Shown piece after piece: positions 50,116 to 64,000 of a stretch of DNA of 64,000 bases. Below the pieces are notes generated by a model. The model searched no databases, was not told the origin of the DNA, and worked only from the letters and a program-made list of their open reading frames with translations. The stretch lies in assembly GCA_964187785.1 (NCBI GenBank), contig OZ076417.1, forward strand, positions 51,460,001 to 51,524,000. Direction: 5' to 3'. The stretch is from Amphiscolops sp. MND2022. Its lineage: Eukaryota. Position numbers and translations under genes: made by a program. Position 1 is the stretch's first letter, and each line of letters begins with the position of its first letter.

Positions 50116-52772
50116 TGTAGAAATTTTTGCTAGAGGGTTGGAGAGGAATCCCAATGCTCGATTCTAACAGAAAGGTTCAGTTTTTGGTGAGTAAGTTTCG
50201 TTCACGTATCGCGTACTCTTTTCACAAGGTCTCTCCAGTGCTCAAGTTTCGACTCCAAAACACTGTGGAAAAGTTACTTGCAATTAATACTCTAATTCTG
50301 GAATTATCTGGATAATACAAGTCGAAGATTTCCACAGTATATAAACTCTCAATCGAATAACAATCGCACATCAGATGAATGAATTATATACAATAACTCG
50401 ACAGAACTGTGCCAAAATCAAGATTCACTCAAAGATTTCCAAGTCCCGGACTTGTAACTGATTCTCTGCTCTCACTAAGCAGTTAAGTCAAATTCGATAT
50501 CGAGTAAGTTTCTTGCCCGCACACGGTCTCTTTTTCCCTCCCTAAGATATTTATTCGTCAGCCGCATTTTTAATGCACCGATGCCGCTCTTTTATTTGCA
50601 TGCTTTTAACTTCATGTAGTTCCATTCCTTTTGTGGCACGGCAGCGCCCTAGTTATATTTCGGCCAAACATACTTCGCCGCCAACGACAAATACTTCAAC
50701 AAAGGTTGTACAAAATTCACATTTTAATAATAATTCAAGTCAACCAAGATATTTCCAATATCGAGCCAATCGTTTAATGACCTTCAGTTACATGGTTTAC
50801 ATGCTCTCTACGTGTGAGGGGTACTTTTCTATCATCCTAGGTGCAATACATTGCGAATGGTTCCGCCTGGCCGAAATGCATAAATTATCACTTACAGACG
50901 CTGATTTACGTGTTTTATCACAAGTTTCTCTATATGTTCCTGGGTTGCATCTGGAATGACCTTGAGGTCCATCGGTGACCTTGAAGTTATTTGCCCTCAT
51001 CCAGTGTTGCTACATGCCAAGTTATATCGTCCTAGCGTCAATAGTCTTCGAGTTACACGATATGCGTATGGTTTGTTTACTTAAGGCGGTTACCCCCGTA
51101 TGGGTTACAAATACGACCTCGTTCACATTAGCAATCAACTACATTCATCATTCCGGTTCGTTTGAGACATTACAAGCCAAGGTCAAATGTCATTTATCGG
51201 TCGGGCCCGCGCGTCCGGTCCCGCGTGCCTTAAACAAATATTACTCCGCGCGTGGTGTATCGATCGATATATCTTTCTTGTATATTAGTTAGGGTTACTA
51301 GGTGAACATCCTGGGTAAGTTTCATGATCTTAGAGTCATCCGGTGGCTATTTACATAACGTTCCGAGTTTATTTACTCAGGGTCAGTACTCCTCCTACAC
51401 GCGTCATAGTGTTCCGAAAACATTCTCAAACGGCTTAATATCATATGGGCTATCGATCCTTTATATAATACGACTTATTCCGTGCTTGACCGACGAGTTC
51501 ATAGGGGGGTCGACCTAGGTCACTTATAGCACCTAGGTGCTAATAGCCCGGGACTGGGGGGTCTCGGCTCGGTTCCGTTTTCATAGGTGAGTACCATAAC
51601 ACCTCAGGTATACGTGTGCCAAATTTCAGCGGGATCGGTTCAGTAGTTCGCCGGGACGGGGGGTGGTTTTTTTTGGGATGCCCCTCCCGTTCGCATAAAA
51701 TAAAACTTAGTAAAATTCGCTCGAAGCGGTCGATTCCAATTTGGCTTATTCGAACAATTTCATTGTTGACGTCACTCACTACTTCGCTCAAACAATCAAA
51801 TTTACTCTTTCTCTTTTTTTTGTTTGCCATCCGCATTTCTATTCTCGCACGCTATTGCATTGCAATATAGTAATAAATCAATCATGGATCTTAAGAGTTA
51901 TATCGAACGAGTGGGTTATCTTCGATCCGGTGCCTTGCCTTCCCGTATGACTGCCCGCCAACGGTACAATTTCAAGCAATCCATGAAAAGGTACTCTCTC
52001 GATCACTGTCTTCGCCTCCACTTGGATTCGCGTCGGGTTCTCCACAAAGAGGAGGTGAGGAGGGAGCTGCAGTCACTTCATGTGGAGCTCAATCACTGCA
52101 ACCGCGATGAATTTATCCGTGCTGCTCGGGAGCGCTTCTCCGTTGTGGGTCTCGAGAGTCATTGCCGGGTTGTCGTCACTTCGTGTGTGGCGCGGCTTGA
52201 TGACCTCATTGGCTTTCGTGTGGAAGGCCCCATGGTTCACTATACCGAGGAGAGAAGGAAGGACCTATGTCGCAAGTTCGGCATCCTATGGGCAAGGCAC
52301 TTCCCAACTGTCGATTACCCCTGTTTGGATGTCGCCCGTTTTAAACCGGACACATTGGATACCAGATCTACTCGTAACTGCCTCTGCTCAGCCCTGAGCG
52401 CTGTTCTTTCTGGGACGCCTGCTCACGCGGGTATACTCGAAAAAATGGTGCGTCAGGAGCGCTCCAGGCCCAACGGACACCTCGCGTGACCTTCCTGAAG
52501 GTGGGGTGGATGATCTGTTCTTCGTTACTGCCACCGACACGAAGCTACTGGCCCGTCGGCTTGGCATAAATATCTTTGAATATTTTGTTGGGCGGGGCAA
52601 TGATCCACCTTGTTGGATTACCTATTCTGGGAATCATCAAGGGCCGGAGCAGGGTGGCGTTTATCTAGCTGTACGTTGGCTCAAGAAGCGTAAATTATTT
52701 CACAGTGTCGCCGTTCTTGGGTTGAAACCGATTGGGGGCTAGTCTTGGGTAAGTTAAAATATCATTTTCACA
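50116..52772 (-). repeat. 5' LTR (2657 bp)
   Basis: Copy of 38602-41316 with 46-nt and 14-nt deletions; adjacent to the PBS at about 50097-50114. Confidence 0.96.
51884..52742 (+). CDS. LTR-encoded antisense ORF, 5' LTR copy (14-nt deletion near 52486)
   Basis: Intact N-terminus (FKQSMKRY; LHVELNHCNRD); frameshifted after GHLA and resumes as DDLFFVTATD. Confidence 0.75.
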
Positions 52773-53358
52773 ATAGTGAAAACAATTTAAATGAAGATGT
52801 TTCGAATCGTTTTGAGATAATTAGCGAAAAAATTTCTAACCAAAAACTAATGAAATTGAGCTAAAGTGATAATTATTGTTCAAACGTGTATCCAGGATCT
52901 GTAGAATTTGAATTACTTGCATTTTTTCACTAAATAGAGATATAAGTACAGTTAGTATATTTTTAAGTGAATTATCCTTTGAACAGCCCTGCGTTTCCTT
53001 TGAACTGCGTTTCGAAATTGAGTTTTTAAGTTTGTCAAAAATTTTCTGTGATGTCTAAGATTGCTCTGAGCGCTTGAAAACAGAAACCATAAGCTGCCAG
53101 TTCAAAATTTTGCGTAATTTTTTGGCAAAATTCTCAAACAGAATTCAAGTAGTCATTTGAAATATAGTTTTGTACTAACCGAGTCGTTAAATTTGTTATT
53201 ACAAATCAAGAACACAGAAAACTGGTGTGACGTCATTAAAAAATTAGACACACTTCATAAAAGATTCACTTTTGAACTTTCAGAGAGTTTCAAAGATTCG
53301 AAGTATCATTACGAAGAGTATCATTGTTACAAGGTTTGAAAATTTTAATGCAAAGAAG

Positions 53359-55700
53359 AACAAGCCGGGACCGGCTCAAGTCGGCGCCATTTCTAAGGCT
53401 CAAAAATACCAAAAGGACATCAAAGTGTCAAAGTATTCTGTTCTACAGCAACCCAGGCGGGGACGCTTTGAGATTTTTCATCCATTCTGTCGCAAATTAT
53501 CAAAAAAAATGAAGGGGACCCTTTGGTGATTTTTTTGAAAAGTCTTACAATGCCAAAAAAAATTGAAAGGCGGTACCCTTTGGGATTTTTCAACATGCAT
53601 TCTGTCGCAAAACTCCAGAAAATTGAAGGGACCCTTCGGGGAAATTTTTTTCCAAAAGCGTCTCCCAATGTCGAAAAAAAAACTGAAGGGGGAGCCCTTT
53701 GGTCTCGTCCGGTATTCTATGTTACGCGGGAAACCTTTTTGGCTCAGTTCCCTGGGCCAACAGGGGCAATTTAGAAATTTGTAGAACTTTTGGTAGAACT
53801 ATTTTAGTCACTTCAAGTGTATCGAAAAAAAAGAACAAGCCGGGAACAGCATAAGTAGGCGCCATATCTAAGGCTCAAAAATAGCAAAACGACATGAAAG
53901 ACTCAAAAAACTCAAAGTATCAAACTCACAAAAATAGTATCAAACTCACGAAAAACCCAAACGACCGAACTGGCGCGCTAGGTGTACGCTAGCGCAGGCC
54001 CCTGGCGCGCTAAAAGGGGGACCCTTTCGCTTTTTCAGCATCCATTGTTGCAAAACATCAAAATATTGGTGAAAAAAGAATTTTCCGAAAAAAAAGTCTC
54101 ACAATGACGGAAAAAAAGAAAGGGGAACCCTTTGGGATTTTTCAACATCCATTCTTTCGCAAAACATCATAAAGTTGAGGAGGGACCCTTTGGGGAAGTT
54201 TTTTTTCGAAAACAAAGTCTCGCAATGCCGAAAAAAACTGAAAAAGGGGACCTTTTAGTCTCTCCCGGTACGGTATGTTACGCAGAAAAACAGGAAAAAC
54301 CTTTTTGGTTCAGTTCGCTAGACCAAATTGTGCAATTTGGTGCAATAATATTTTGTAGAACTTTTGTAGAACTATTTTGGTCAGTTCGTGTGGATTGAAA
54401 AAAAAAGAAAAGCCACTATAATAGTCGCGTTTCACTTCATGAAGCGCCGATTAAAAAGTCGGATCATTATTTAATATAAGACAGTCTCCCCTCCTTTGCC
54501 TAATGATTGATATTTTTCGACAATTATCCCAGTATTCAGTCATGTTGAGTCAAATATGATTCAGAAACTGACAGATACTTTATGACATCAAGCGCCAATA
54601 ATGATGCATTCAAAAGACAAGACAATTCGAAAACAAGAACCAGCGATTTTCCCATACAATGACAGGTTCACTTACCAATAATGCATTTTCGAATTGCGCT
54701 CATTGAAACCAGTTTCTTGGCATTATCGCTAGATGACAATCGCGTTTGAAAACTATTTCTAATTGGTCCCATTGTTGAGTTGAGCGAGTTCCTGAGTATA
54801 CCTTACTGAATGATTGAAAATCTTGTTCTAGGTAACAACAGTTTTGAAGTGCTCTACCAATATGCTGATGTGCTACGCTGAAAACGCGCTTAGCTTTGCT
54901 GATCAATCGAAAGATGAAGATCCCAAATGTGAATTGAAAAACGAAGGAAGCTTCTGATGGCGTTTTTATCAATTTGTTTTTTGCCTAATGTTTGGCATTT
55001 TCATGTTGTATTCATGTTTCTACAAACTTACTATACCAAAGTTTAAACTGTTTTGAACGGTAGTATCATAGTTAAAATATAACAAGCCGGGACCGGCCCA
55101 AATTGGCGCCATATCCAAGGCTCAAAAATAGCAAAAGGACTTCCAAGTGTCAATTTACAGTACTCGAAAATCGAAAAAGCAAAAAATATGAACAGAGTGG
55201 CGCGCCGGGGCCCGCTAGGGCGAGCCCCTGGCGCGCTAAAAGGGGGACACTTCCGAATTTGTCAACATTTTTGTCGCAGTTGAAAGGGGCCCCTTTGGAG
55301 AAAAAACAAATTTTCGAAAAAAAAGTCTCACAATGCCGAAAAACTGAGAGGGGGGACCCTTTGGGATTTTTAAACACCCAATCTGTTGTAAAATATCAAA
55401 GAACTTGAAAGGGGGGGAACCTTTTGAAGAAAAAAATTTTTGAGAAAAGTCTCACAATGCCGAAAAACTGAAAGGGACCCTTTGAGGTTTTTCAACATCC
55501 ATTCTGTCGCAAAACATGAAAAAATTGAAAACAAAATTATTTTCGAGAAAAAATCTCACAATGCCGAAAAAAACTGAAAGGGGGGACCCTTTGGGATTTT
55601 TCAACATCCATTCTGTCGCAAAACATCAAAAAAATGCAGGGAACACTTTGGGAAAAAAATTCCGAAAAAAATGTCTCGCAGTGCCGAAAAAAATCTTGAA
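53359..55700 (+). repeat. Three copies of a dispersed repeat with tandem subunits of about 110-130 bp (starts 53359, 53834, 55081)
   Basis: Shared head AACAAGCCGGGA...GGCGCCAT; recurring unit AAAAACTGAAAGGGGGACCCTTTGGGATTTTTCAACATCCATTCTGTCGCAAAA. Confidence 0.85.
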
Positions 55701-55709
55701 ATAGACCTG

Positions 55710-58700
55710 AACTCTTCACCCAAGTAATTAATGAATGTAATTCTATTTTAAAGCTAATTACCTCTGAAGAAACTTCACCTAATATATCCTGTGACAAGCT
55801 TCTCAGATCTATCCTGTTACTGTCATTTTTTATTAATGTAAAAGATTATAACCCACCCTAGTTTGAGAGAGTATATCTACTCGGAGAAAATTTGAATCTA
55901 ATCTGAAATACGGTCTTCCTCTTCAGAAGAACTAACTGAGATCTCAGAGTTATTAGACTTAGAACTAGCTAGCTAAACTGACTTGAAATAAGACGACTTT
56001 GTTGTTAAAATCTTGGACTTCTTATGTCTGCAATAAAACATCTAAAAGAAACAACACTCAACATTTTTAACAGCTCAATTGGTGAGACCAAGAAAATTCT
56101 TCTTTCTCTCCCTCTAATTACAAAATTTTACAACTTTTGCACACCTCTTCTCGACTTTCTTATCAGATACCTTTTTGTTCGACACACAGTTTCTCCACCT
56201 CTCAATATTGTCTACCGTTATTGATTTCTAACGTTGCAACCAATTTCTATAAGAAATTGATTCGTATTGCTATGGTTCTGACTACGTCCTTCAACGAAAT
56301 TCCTGTGAGTAACTTTTACGTTCCAACCACCCCTGAGTGAATTCGTGTTGGCATTCTCTCATTTTTCCGTTCCAACCGCAGACGTGCGATACGTGTTGGC
56401 CTTTCTACAGTGCTATCCAGTGATTCCTGCTAGTAAAATACATTGGTTCTAGTCGCTTGGATCAACTTTAAAGTTGGCACATTTATAAAACATACCTACT
56501 CTTAATCACATTATTTTAGTACATCTCATTTCCATCCTCTATATAGTACATCTAACATATAAAACTCTTTCAAAACCAGTTAACGGATCCAATTATATAA
56601 CAAGTAATTGAACACCAACTTTCATAACTCAATTGAACCCCAACTTAAATGACTTCAAATAATTGAACATAAACTTATATAACATTCAAAATTTCACACA
56701 CTTGTACACAATATCTTACACAATTTTTCAACATAATCTTGACAGATTATCATTATACATGTCGCCTTCAGTAGATGATGTAGTTGAAATCATTGTCTGC
56801 TTTTGGTTTTCTTTTGCACTCCTTGCTGGTCTTGCACTTTTCAATGATAAATTTCTAATACATTTTGTACCAAAATTTTGAAATATAACTTTTCTATGTT
56901 AACAAGTATAATACTGCCTCTTTTTGGACTACTTAGTATTTATCATACCTTTTGTCCTCCTACACTATATACAGAATCCACCTCTTCTTTCCTTTTGTAC
57001 AGTACTTACAATACTCCTACAAGTTATATTTGTAGATCAAGTCTTATTATATTTTGTAGATCAAATTCTGTAGATCAAACAATATAACTTTCAAATTAAT
57101 ACAAAACATCTCCTGCTACAGTACATTTATCTTTTATGGCAATCCTACTATACTGACTAATCCTTGCAACATATAATGCTCTCTCCTCCATTTGTTTTAT
57201 CTACAGAAAAAAGACAAAACCGATCTCTTACACAAGATGTAACACCTTTTTTAAACAACATCATCTTTCAGTTCACAAACCCACTTCCATTTGAAACAGA
57301 ACCCTATACGATACATACTATTCCATTGGCAAGAGATCATTGTGACTCTTATCTATATTACATTCGATATAAAACACTTGAAATACCACAATCGCAAAAC
57401 CCCTTTCAAGGTACTTTCAACCCAGTTAAAGGAATAAGTACTGGAACATACTATAGAACAATCCATCCACAAAACATCATACTCTATACAAGATGTTTTC
57501 CTTACTTAGATGCAAAAACTTATTGAATTTAATGAAAACCAAGATACACCACTCTATCTTCCTTCTCACTTAGAAGACCTGAAACACAAATCTGAATATT
57601 TCGAGGTCCCAGACCTTGAAACAAGAATTCAGAGACACGATAACCCTCATTAATGGTTACAACAAGATATTTTACAAGTAAAAAACTTCCAAAGAGATTC
57701 TTTACCAATATTACCCTCACTGACGACACTATTCCTCAAGTCAAAGTTTTCACTCTATTTTTATTAAAGTTTTTCAGATTTAGCTATCAACTGCTCTGGG
57801 ATCAACAAGCTTACATTCATTTTCCTCAGATACTAACACAAACTGAACTCTTACCATACATCATTAAAAATGAACATAGACATTTACAATACAGGGATCC
57901 TACCTCATTCAACACCACTTATTTTGAACAGATCATCTGGATCACAACTTTATAACTGATTATTTTGAAACATCAGATAACAGACCTTATATTACATCAA
58001 ACCTTTCCCCTGAAAAAACCCCAGAAGAACAAACCTCTAATGTTGTACCTCAATATATTAGACAACATTCCGTACAATCAGAACAAGAAGCCTTTGCTAA
58101 CTTTTTCCAAAATCAAGACCCTCGCCAATTAAACCCACTATATCCACAATTACCACAAGCTTCTGATAAACAACAGTTAACTGCTTCTGAAACTGCTACA
58201 AAACACAATGCATCAGAACTCTCTGAAGAAACTGTACAGACTGTACAAAATACACAAAGTCTTACATTATTTAATGATTCAAATCTTATACAAGTTCCTA
58301 CCCACAATATCACACAAGACGAAACTGATAACCAAAACCAAGACAACACTTTAAGTACAACTCAAGACAACACCTCTATTTTATCTACATCTCAAACTAT
58401 TGTCACACAACCATCTCAAACACAAAGATCCCCTCGTCAAAATTATGACCCACCTTCTATTCCACCTCAAATCTCAACTCAAATTCACACTCCTAATTCT
58501 CCTCAACAAGGCTCTTCTAATACACAACACACTAATACAGTCCATTTTCAAACACCAACTCCACCATCACCTCCTGAAATACAAACTTCAACTTATACTT
58601 CAGCTCAAAGTAATCCAGTACAAAATGTACAAACTAGTTTAAATATTAACACTATTCATTCAAACACACCTTTCAGTTACACAACTTCTAGACACCTTTC

Positions 58701-61700
58701 TAGACCTCCGTTGCAACCCACACTAACTAATCCATTATCATACAATCTTACAAGCACAAACTCGAGTCATACACAACAATCTTCGACAAACAATAACCGA
58801 CCCAATTCCTCAATTACTTTTCCTCCTCCAAAAACGTCTAAAACAATCACACCTACATTACAAAACTCACAATTCCAAATACCAAACCCTCCTTCAACAA
58901 ATATTAGAACTAATCCTCACTTTCATAATAAACCTACCACCTCTTTTACAAATATTTCAAATGTTCCTACATTCAATACAGTACCACCATCTACAATATC
59001 TCAAAATACCATTTCACAACCGACTTATATCAACTCTTCTACTTCACTATCAGAACCTAACAAACCTTTTGACGGCTTAGATCATAATTATACACCTGAA
59101 GAATACTTACAACATATTGAGGCACGTGTTACATTTTCCTTAGGATTACAACCAACTTCTGAACATGAATATAAATTTTGGCACGCCCGTCGCATGGCTT
59201 TTATACAATGTTCCTTAACCGGCACAGCTCTTAGTTGGTACATTCGTTTAAATGACACTTATAAACAAGATTGGCACGCTTTCGTTCAAGCTTTCAAAAA
59301 ACAATTCTCTTCTCAAAACAACGCTTACTATGCTCAAGTTGAAACCCTTAACCTCTCGAAAAAAGAAAATGAAACAGTACGTCATTTTGCACTTAAAGTT
59401 CAACAGCTGGTTGAAAAAGGCTGATGTAATGAGAATGCATCTACCATCAATCTCAAATTTAATGAAATTTTTACAAAGGGACTTCCAAAAATCCTCAAAG
59501 ACTTTGCAAACAAAAAACAAGTAAAACACACTTCTACTGTCTTAGAATCTTCTATTCCTTTTCATACATTAGTAAAACTTGTTGATGCTGAAGATTTTGC
59601 GAAAGACAAAATCAGAACACATGATCTTGCACTTGAAGTTAATAACAATACAAAACAATTACACCCCCAAACTCTGGAACCTTCATCACAAGAACAACTT
59701 ATGTTTACTCAACCAAAAGACCCATATAACAAAAACAAACCTGCATATAAAAATATTGTTCATATTGTCACAGAACAAATCACTCCATCTCCTTTTCAAA
59801 AAACAACGAGATGATGAAGACAAACGAGATGCATATGCTCGATCAAAATCTCCACAAAAATCATTTGTACAGTACTTCCGTTCTCCTTCTAATGATAGAG
59901 CAAAACACTATGATAATCGATATAGAAGTCGAAGTACCCCACGTAACAACTCTTACAACAAAACCTATTCAAACAATTGATACCGTTCTACATCTAGAGA
60001 TAGATTTAGCTATGACAAAAGTACTAGTCCTCCACAATACTCTAGATCACGATATGATACTTATAAACGGGATTCACGGTCCTACCGTTCTCCATACAGA
60101 TCTTCGTATAGATCTCCTTATAGACACAACTCTCGCCCTAGATATAGATCACGCTCTTCTTCCAGAGACAATAATTTTACAAAATATACAAATTCATACA
60201 GATCACCTTCTAGACCAAGCGATTCTAGATTTTCTAGATCCCGTTCACACTCCAATTCTAGAAACAAAATCAATACGATACCACCACAAGACCAATCTGA
60301 ACATATAAAATTTGAAGTACACATGTACCACCCAACAGCAATGGCAAATGCTGTAAAACCTACAAGTTGGTTTTATACTCTATAAGTTCACACACCATCA
60401 AGTCTAACACAAAGAGATAACCCATCCAGGCTTGAAATTGCATTCCTTTTAGATAGCGGTGCTTCCATCTCTGTGTTAAACTACCCAACATACATAACTA
60501 TTGCAAAACTCTTAGATATCAGAACAAATAATACTTCTGACATTGGACTAAATCGCCCTCCAAAAACTTTGACTGTTGCAAATCAAACTGAAGTTATTAC
60601 ATTATGACAATATAATTTTAAACACCACTATTGACGATAATTCTCGTTACTTTTCAGTACCTTTTGCAGTAGCTGATATCAAAAACAAGATCCTTGGTAC
60701 ACCTTTCTTTGAAGACAATAGACAGAACAAAAACATACAAGATTCTACAATAGAATTCAAATACCAATCAAAAACACACCCAAATTATGCAAAATTCACA
60801 ACACTCATATCTAAAAACTACCCATACTTTTCATACATTTACAGAATTATTTCAAAATCTCAAATACGTTTAAAACCCAAGTCTTCTAAAATTGCACATT
60901 TTCCGATAAAAAATTATCATAATCTTCATTTTACAACTACACCACAAAACCACTTCTTCCCTTCAGTACCACACATCTATTTTGCTACCAAGTTTCGTAC
61001 AAATTTCAATTTTATTGAAATATTCACAGATAACCAGCCGAACATTTGTGCAACTATTATTCAGAACACCTCCGAACATGTTGCAACATTACCTACAGGA
61101 CATATTGGATATATCGAAGTTCCAATTACAAATGAAAAACCTAAATTTGTTCATGTCAACAATATTAACACCTTAATACATATTGTTACTCATACATACC
61201 ATCCTGAAATAACTGAACCAGTTCCACAAACCAATTATTTTATACACACACTATGATGATCCTACAACTCGCCCTCCTCAATTTTCATTACATCAAATTC
61301 ATATGCCAAATTCTGACATACCAAATCAAACTTCACTTTTATATCACGTCCAACCTACTTCTCACACTTCTGAAAAACGCATTTTTCCTTCTTCACCATA
61401 TACTTCTGAAAATGTGAAATTCATCAACAAATATAACTTCCAATTTTCTGACCTTAGAGACACTGAGTACATTACTCTTTGCAATATGTTACCCAAATAT
61501 AAAACATATTATGCAACTCATAAAAACGATGTTGGTAAAATCTCAACTCCCTTTCGTATTAGACTTAAACCCAATGCTCAACTTCTGACACAACGTCCTT
61601 CTAAAGTCCCTATTCAATATAGAGACAAACTTAATGCACTTCTTAAAGAAATAGAAAAATCTAACATTATGAAATAAATCGGTTCCTCTCCACAAGACAA

Positions 61701-64000
61701 ACCAGTCTATGGTACAACTTGTTTATATCCTCTTATCATAATCCCCAAAGGAGACACTATAAAATGTGTATTAGACGCTCGACACCTTAACTCAAATACA
61801 GAACAATCTGATGATTCTTGGCCTATTGAACCTCTCGCTCCACAATTAGCACAAGCAAACAAAAAGTACAAATCTGCAATTATTCTTATGTACCCCTATG
61901 CACACACACCCCTTGATGAAGACACTATTAAACTTTTTGATGAAGACACTATTAAGAGATAAACTCTTAGCTTTTATAAGATGTTTTCATGGTCTCAAAG
62001 GACTCCCAATTTTTTTTACAAAACAAATGTCTACTTTCTTTAAAACTCTTAGAACAAGATTTTGCGCTTGTCTACATTGACGATATCTTACTTTTATCTG
62101 ACTCTAAAGAACACATGTTCCAACTCATCGAACAATTACACGTTATCAGTACAAAAAACAATCTTAAACTAGCCCCTGAAAACTCCTTTTTCATGCTCCT
62201 TAAAGTCAAATTTCTTGGACATGAAATTGGTTACAAAATATTTAACCAATTCACTCAAAAATTGCAGCTATTCAAAAAATTCCTTCTCCTACTGGCAAAG
62301 TTGCTCTAATGAGTTTCATTGGCTTACTCAACTTTTACACAAATTTTTTTGAAAAACTACATATTAACTTCAAACCGTTTTACAATCTTTTACATGAGAA
62401 AGCTCCATGGAAATGGACAGATGAACATGAACGTCTTTTTCAAAAACTAAAAATGTCTCTCACTTCTGAAATAGAACTTACAATACCAAATACAAAACAC
62501 CCATTTTTTATAACAGTTGATGGTTCCTTTATTGGATTAGGCGTTGTCCTCTTCCAGTTATATGACCAAAACAAAATGAAAGTCATATCATACAACTCTC
62601 GTATACTAAACCCACAAGAACAAAAACTTTCAACACCCGACCAAGAACTTCTTGGTATAGTACACGCTCTTCAAATTTATGAATTTTTTATTATTGGTTC
62701 TCCCCATCCAATACATATTTTCACCGATCACAAAGCTCTATTACATTGTTTTACAAAAAAGAGTAACCTTAGTCCTCGTTTCTATAGAGCTCAAATGCAA
62801 TTACCAAAATTTTCAAAACTTAAAATATTCCACACTCCTGGAAAAAACTTTTCTGTTGTTGACATGTTAAGCCGATCTTTTACGAAAGCTGAATTACAAC
62901 TAAACCAATTGAAACACAAACAACTCTTACCACAAATTGATTTTGGCACTCTTACAAAACGGCACTCTTAAACCTGTACATTACCTAATTAAACACGAAG
63001 AAATCTTACCTCACCAAAAACATGACTCTCACCCAATTCTTGCTGATTATGGTACAGACCAATTTTCTATTCATATTAATGATAAAGGAAACGACATTTT
63101 TGTCAAACTTTTACGTTCCTTCTCATTTAAATCTGTCACTCCTATCCAAACAAAATTCAAAACACCCATTAAAAACAACAACAAAACCCTTCATCAACAA
63201 TCTCTCTTAATCAATGATACCGATATTACAAGTGATGATGAAGATCATATATACACAAGAATCCCAAAATATGACTCTTCCTTTTCAACTGACACAACAC
63301 TACAAGAAAATTTTTCTATTCTAAAAAAATCACCTTCTGCAATAAATGTACGAACAAACTCTCCATCTCTCACACATTGTTCACAAGTTATACCTTTCTA
63401 CGATACTTCCTTTTTCAAATACAAAAACTACTTTCAAGGCTTCTTCCTGCTTGATGATTATTCACTAGACATAAATACACTTCAACAACAACAGTCCCAA
63501 GACCCGGTTCTTAGAACTGTTTATTCTTGCAGCTTTATATTATATTTTATATTATACAGCTCTCTAAAAACAACGTATTCCTACAATGAACTTCCCTTTT
63601 TTTCTGAAAAAATCAGTTCGTTTATGGTACAAGCTGAACATAAACCGGAACACAAATCACACACCTCACTTATTCGAAACACTCCTGACAAACTTTCCTC
63701 TGTCATGAACAATCGAACACTTCGTGATCTCACTAATTTTTTAGACCCATATAAACGAAATCTTCCTGAAACACCTTTCACCACACTCACACATATACTA
63801 CATTGCTATGACAGAACACACAAACTCCTACAAACACCCGATCTAGACTCTCAACGCATCACTCAATCATCCCAAGCAAATCAATCTGCTTTGGAATCTA
63901 TAACTACTCTTTTTACCTCAACTAATCTTCATTAAACTCTCTACAGGTAAGCTAATTTTCTTAGTTTTCCTTCCTTTGGTACACTCTATGGAATATCTTT
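55710..64000 (+). mobile_element. Degenerate A/C-rich Ty3/Gypsy element (left edge approximate, runs off the window)
   Basis: LTR end ...AAAATACA at 56442, PBS-like TGGTTCTAGTCGCTTGGAT; S/T/P-rich gag (KPFDG...YLQHIEARV; knuckle relic CSYCHRTNH), protease FLLDSGAS, RT VYIDD, RNase H; integrase core not seen. Confidence 0.88.

Larger units (their letters stand above)
38602..52772 (-). mobile_element. 14.2-kb env-bearing Ty3/Gypsy element with 2.7-kb LTRs
   Basis: LTRs 50116-52772 (5') and 38602-41316 (3'), TGTGAAAA...CTACA on the minus strand; 5-bp TSD ATAGT; PBS TGGCGCTCCTGGTTGGGC; PPT AGGGGAGAA; gag, pol, env and an extra ORF inside. Confidence 0.97.

Noticed and set aside
54480-54980. Possible terminal exon of an upstream paralogue (hydrophobic SLVLVFELSCLLNASLLAL, GTAAGT donor)
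   Set aside because: It contains a stop, lacks the DR motif and has no linked exons in the window.
53359-55700. CRISPR-like array
   Set aside because: Eukaryotic context; the units are degenerate tandem repeats without unique spacers.

Overview
AT-rich animal (probably invertebrate) genomic DNA, mostly transposon-derived; the species cannot be identified from the sequence. (1) One host gene is hidden in it: a minus-strand Cys-loop ligand-gated ion channel subunit (nAChR-like, non-alpha). Exons 1-6 (38390 to 17792) and the start of exon 7 (15679) splice in exact phase, two of six introns need GC donors, and the M4 end is unresolved. (2) Its introns hold a BEL/Pao element with a tRNA-like segment in both LTRs and a permuted AP-2 alpha-adaptin fragment in its leader, a decayed Gypsy element, a hAT element with a nested Tc1/mariner-type MITE, and other MITEs. 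(3) About 210 nt upstream of the start codon lies the most unusual feature: a 14.2-kb env-bearing Ty3/Gypsy element with 2.7-kb LTRs. It encodes gag, pol, a class I fusion env and a basic accessory ORF, and each LTR carries an antisense ORF (about 290 aa reconstructed) that looks like an integrase-type zinc-binding module fused to an OTU-like protease. (4) Also present: two copies of another Gypsy family, an intron-containing multi-gene relic with a BED/hAT-type finger, a dispersed repeat with tandem subunits, and a further decayed Gypsy element running off the right end. All domain calls come from motif recognition by eye, with no database searches.
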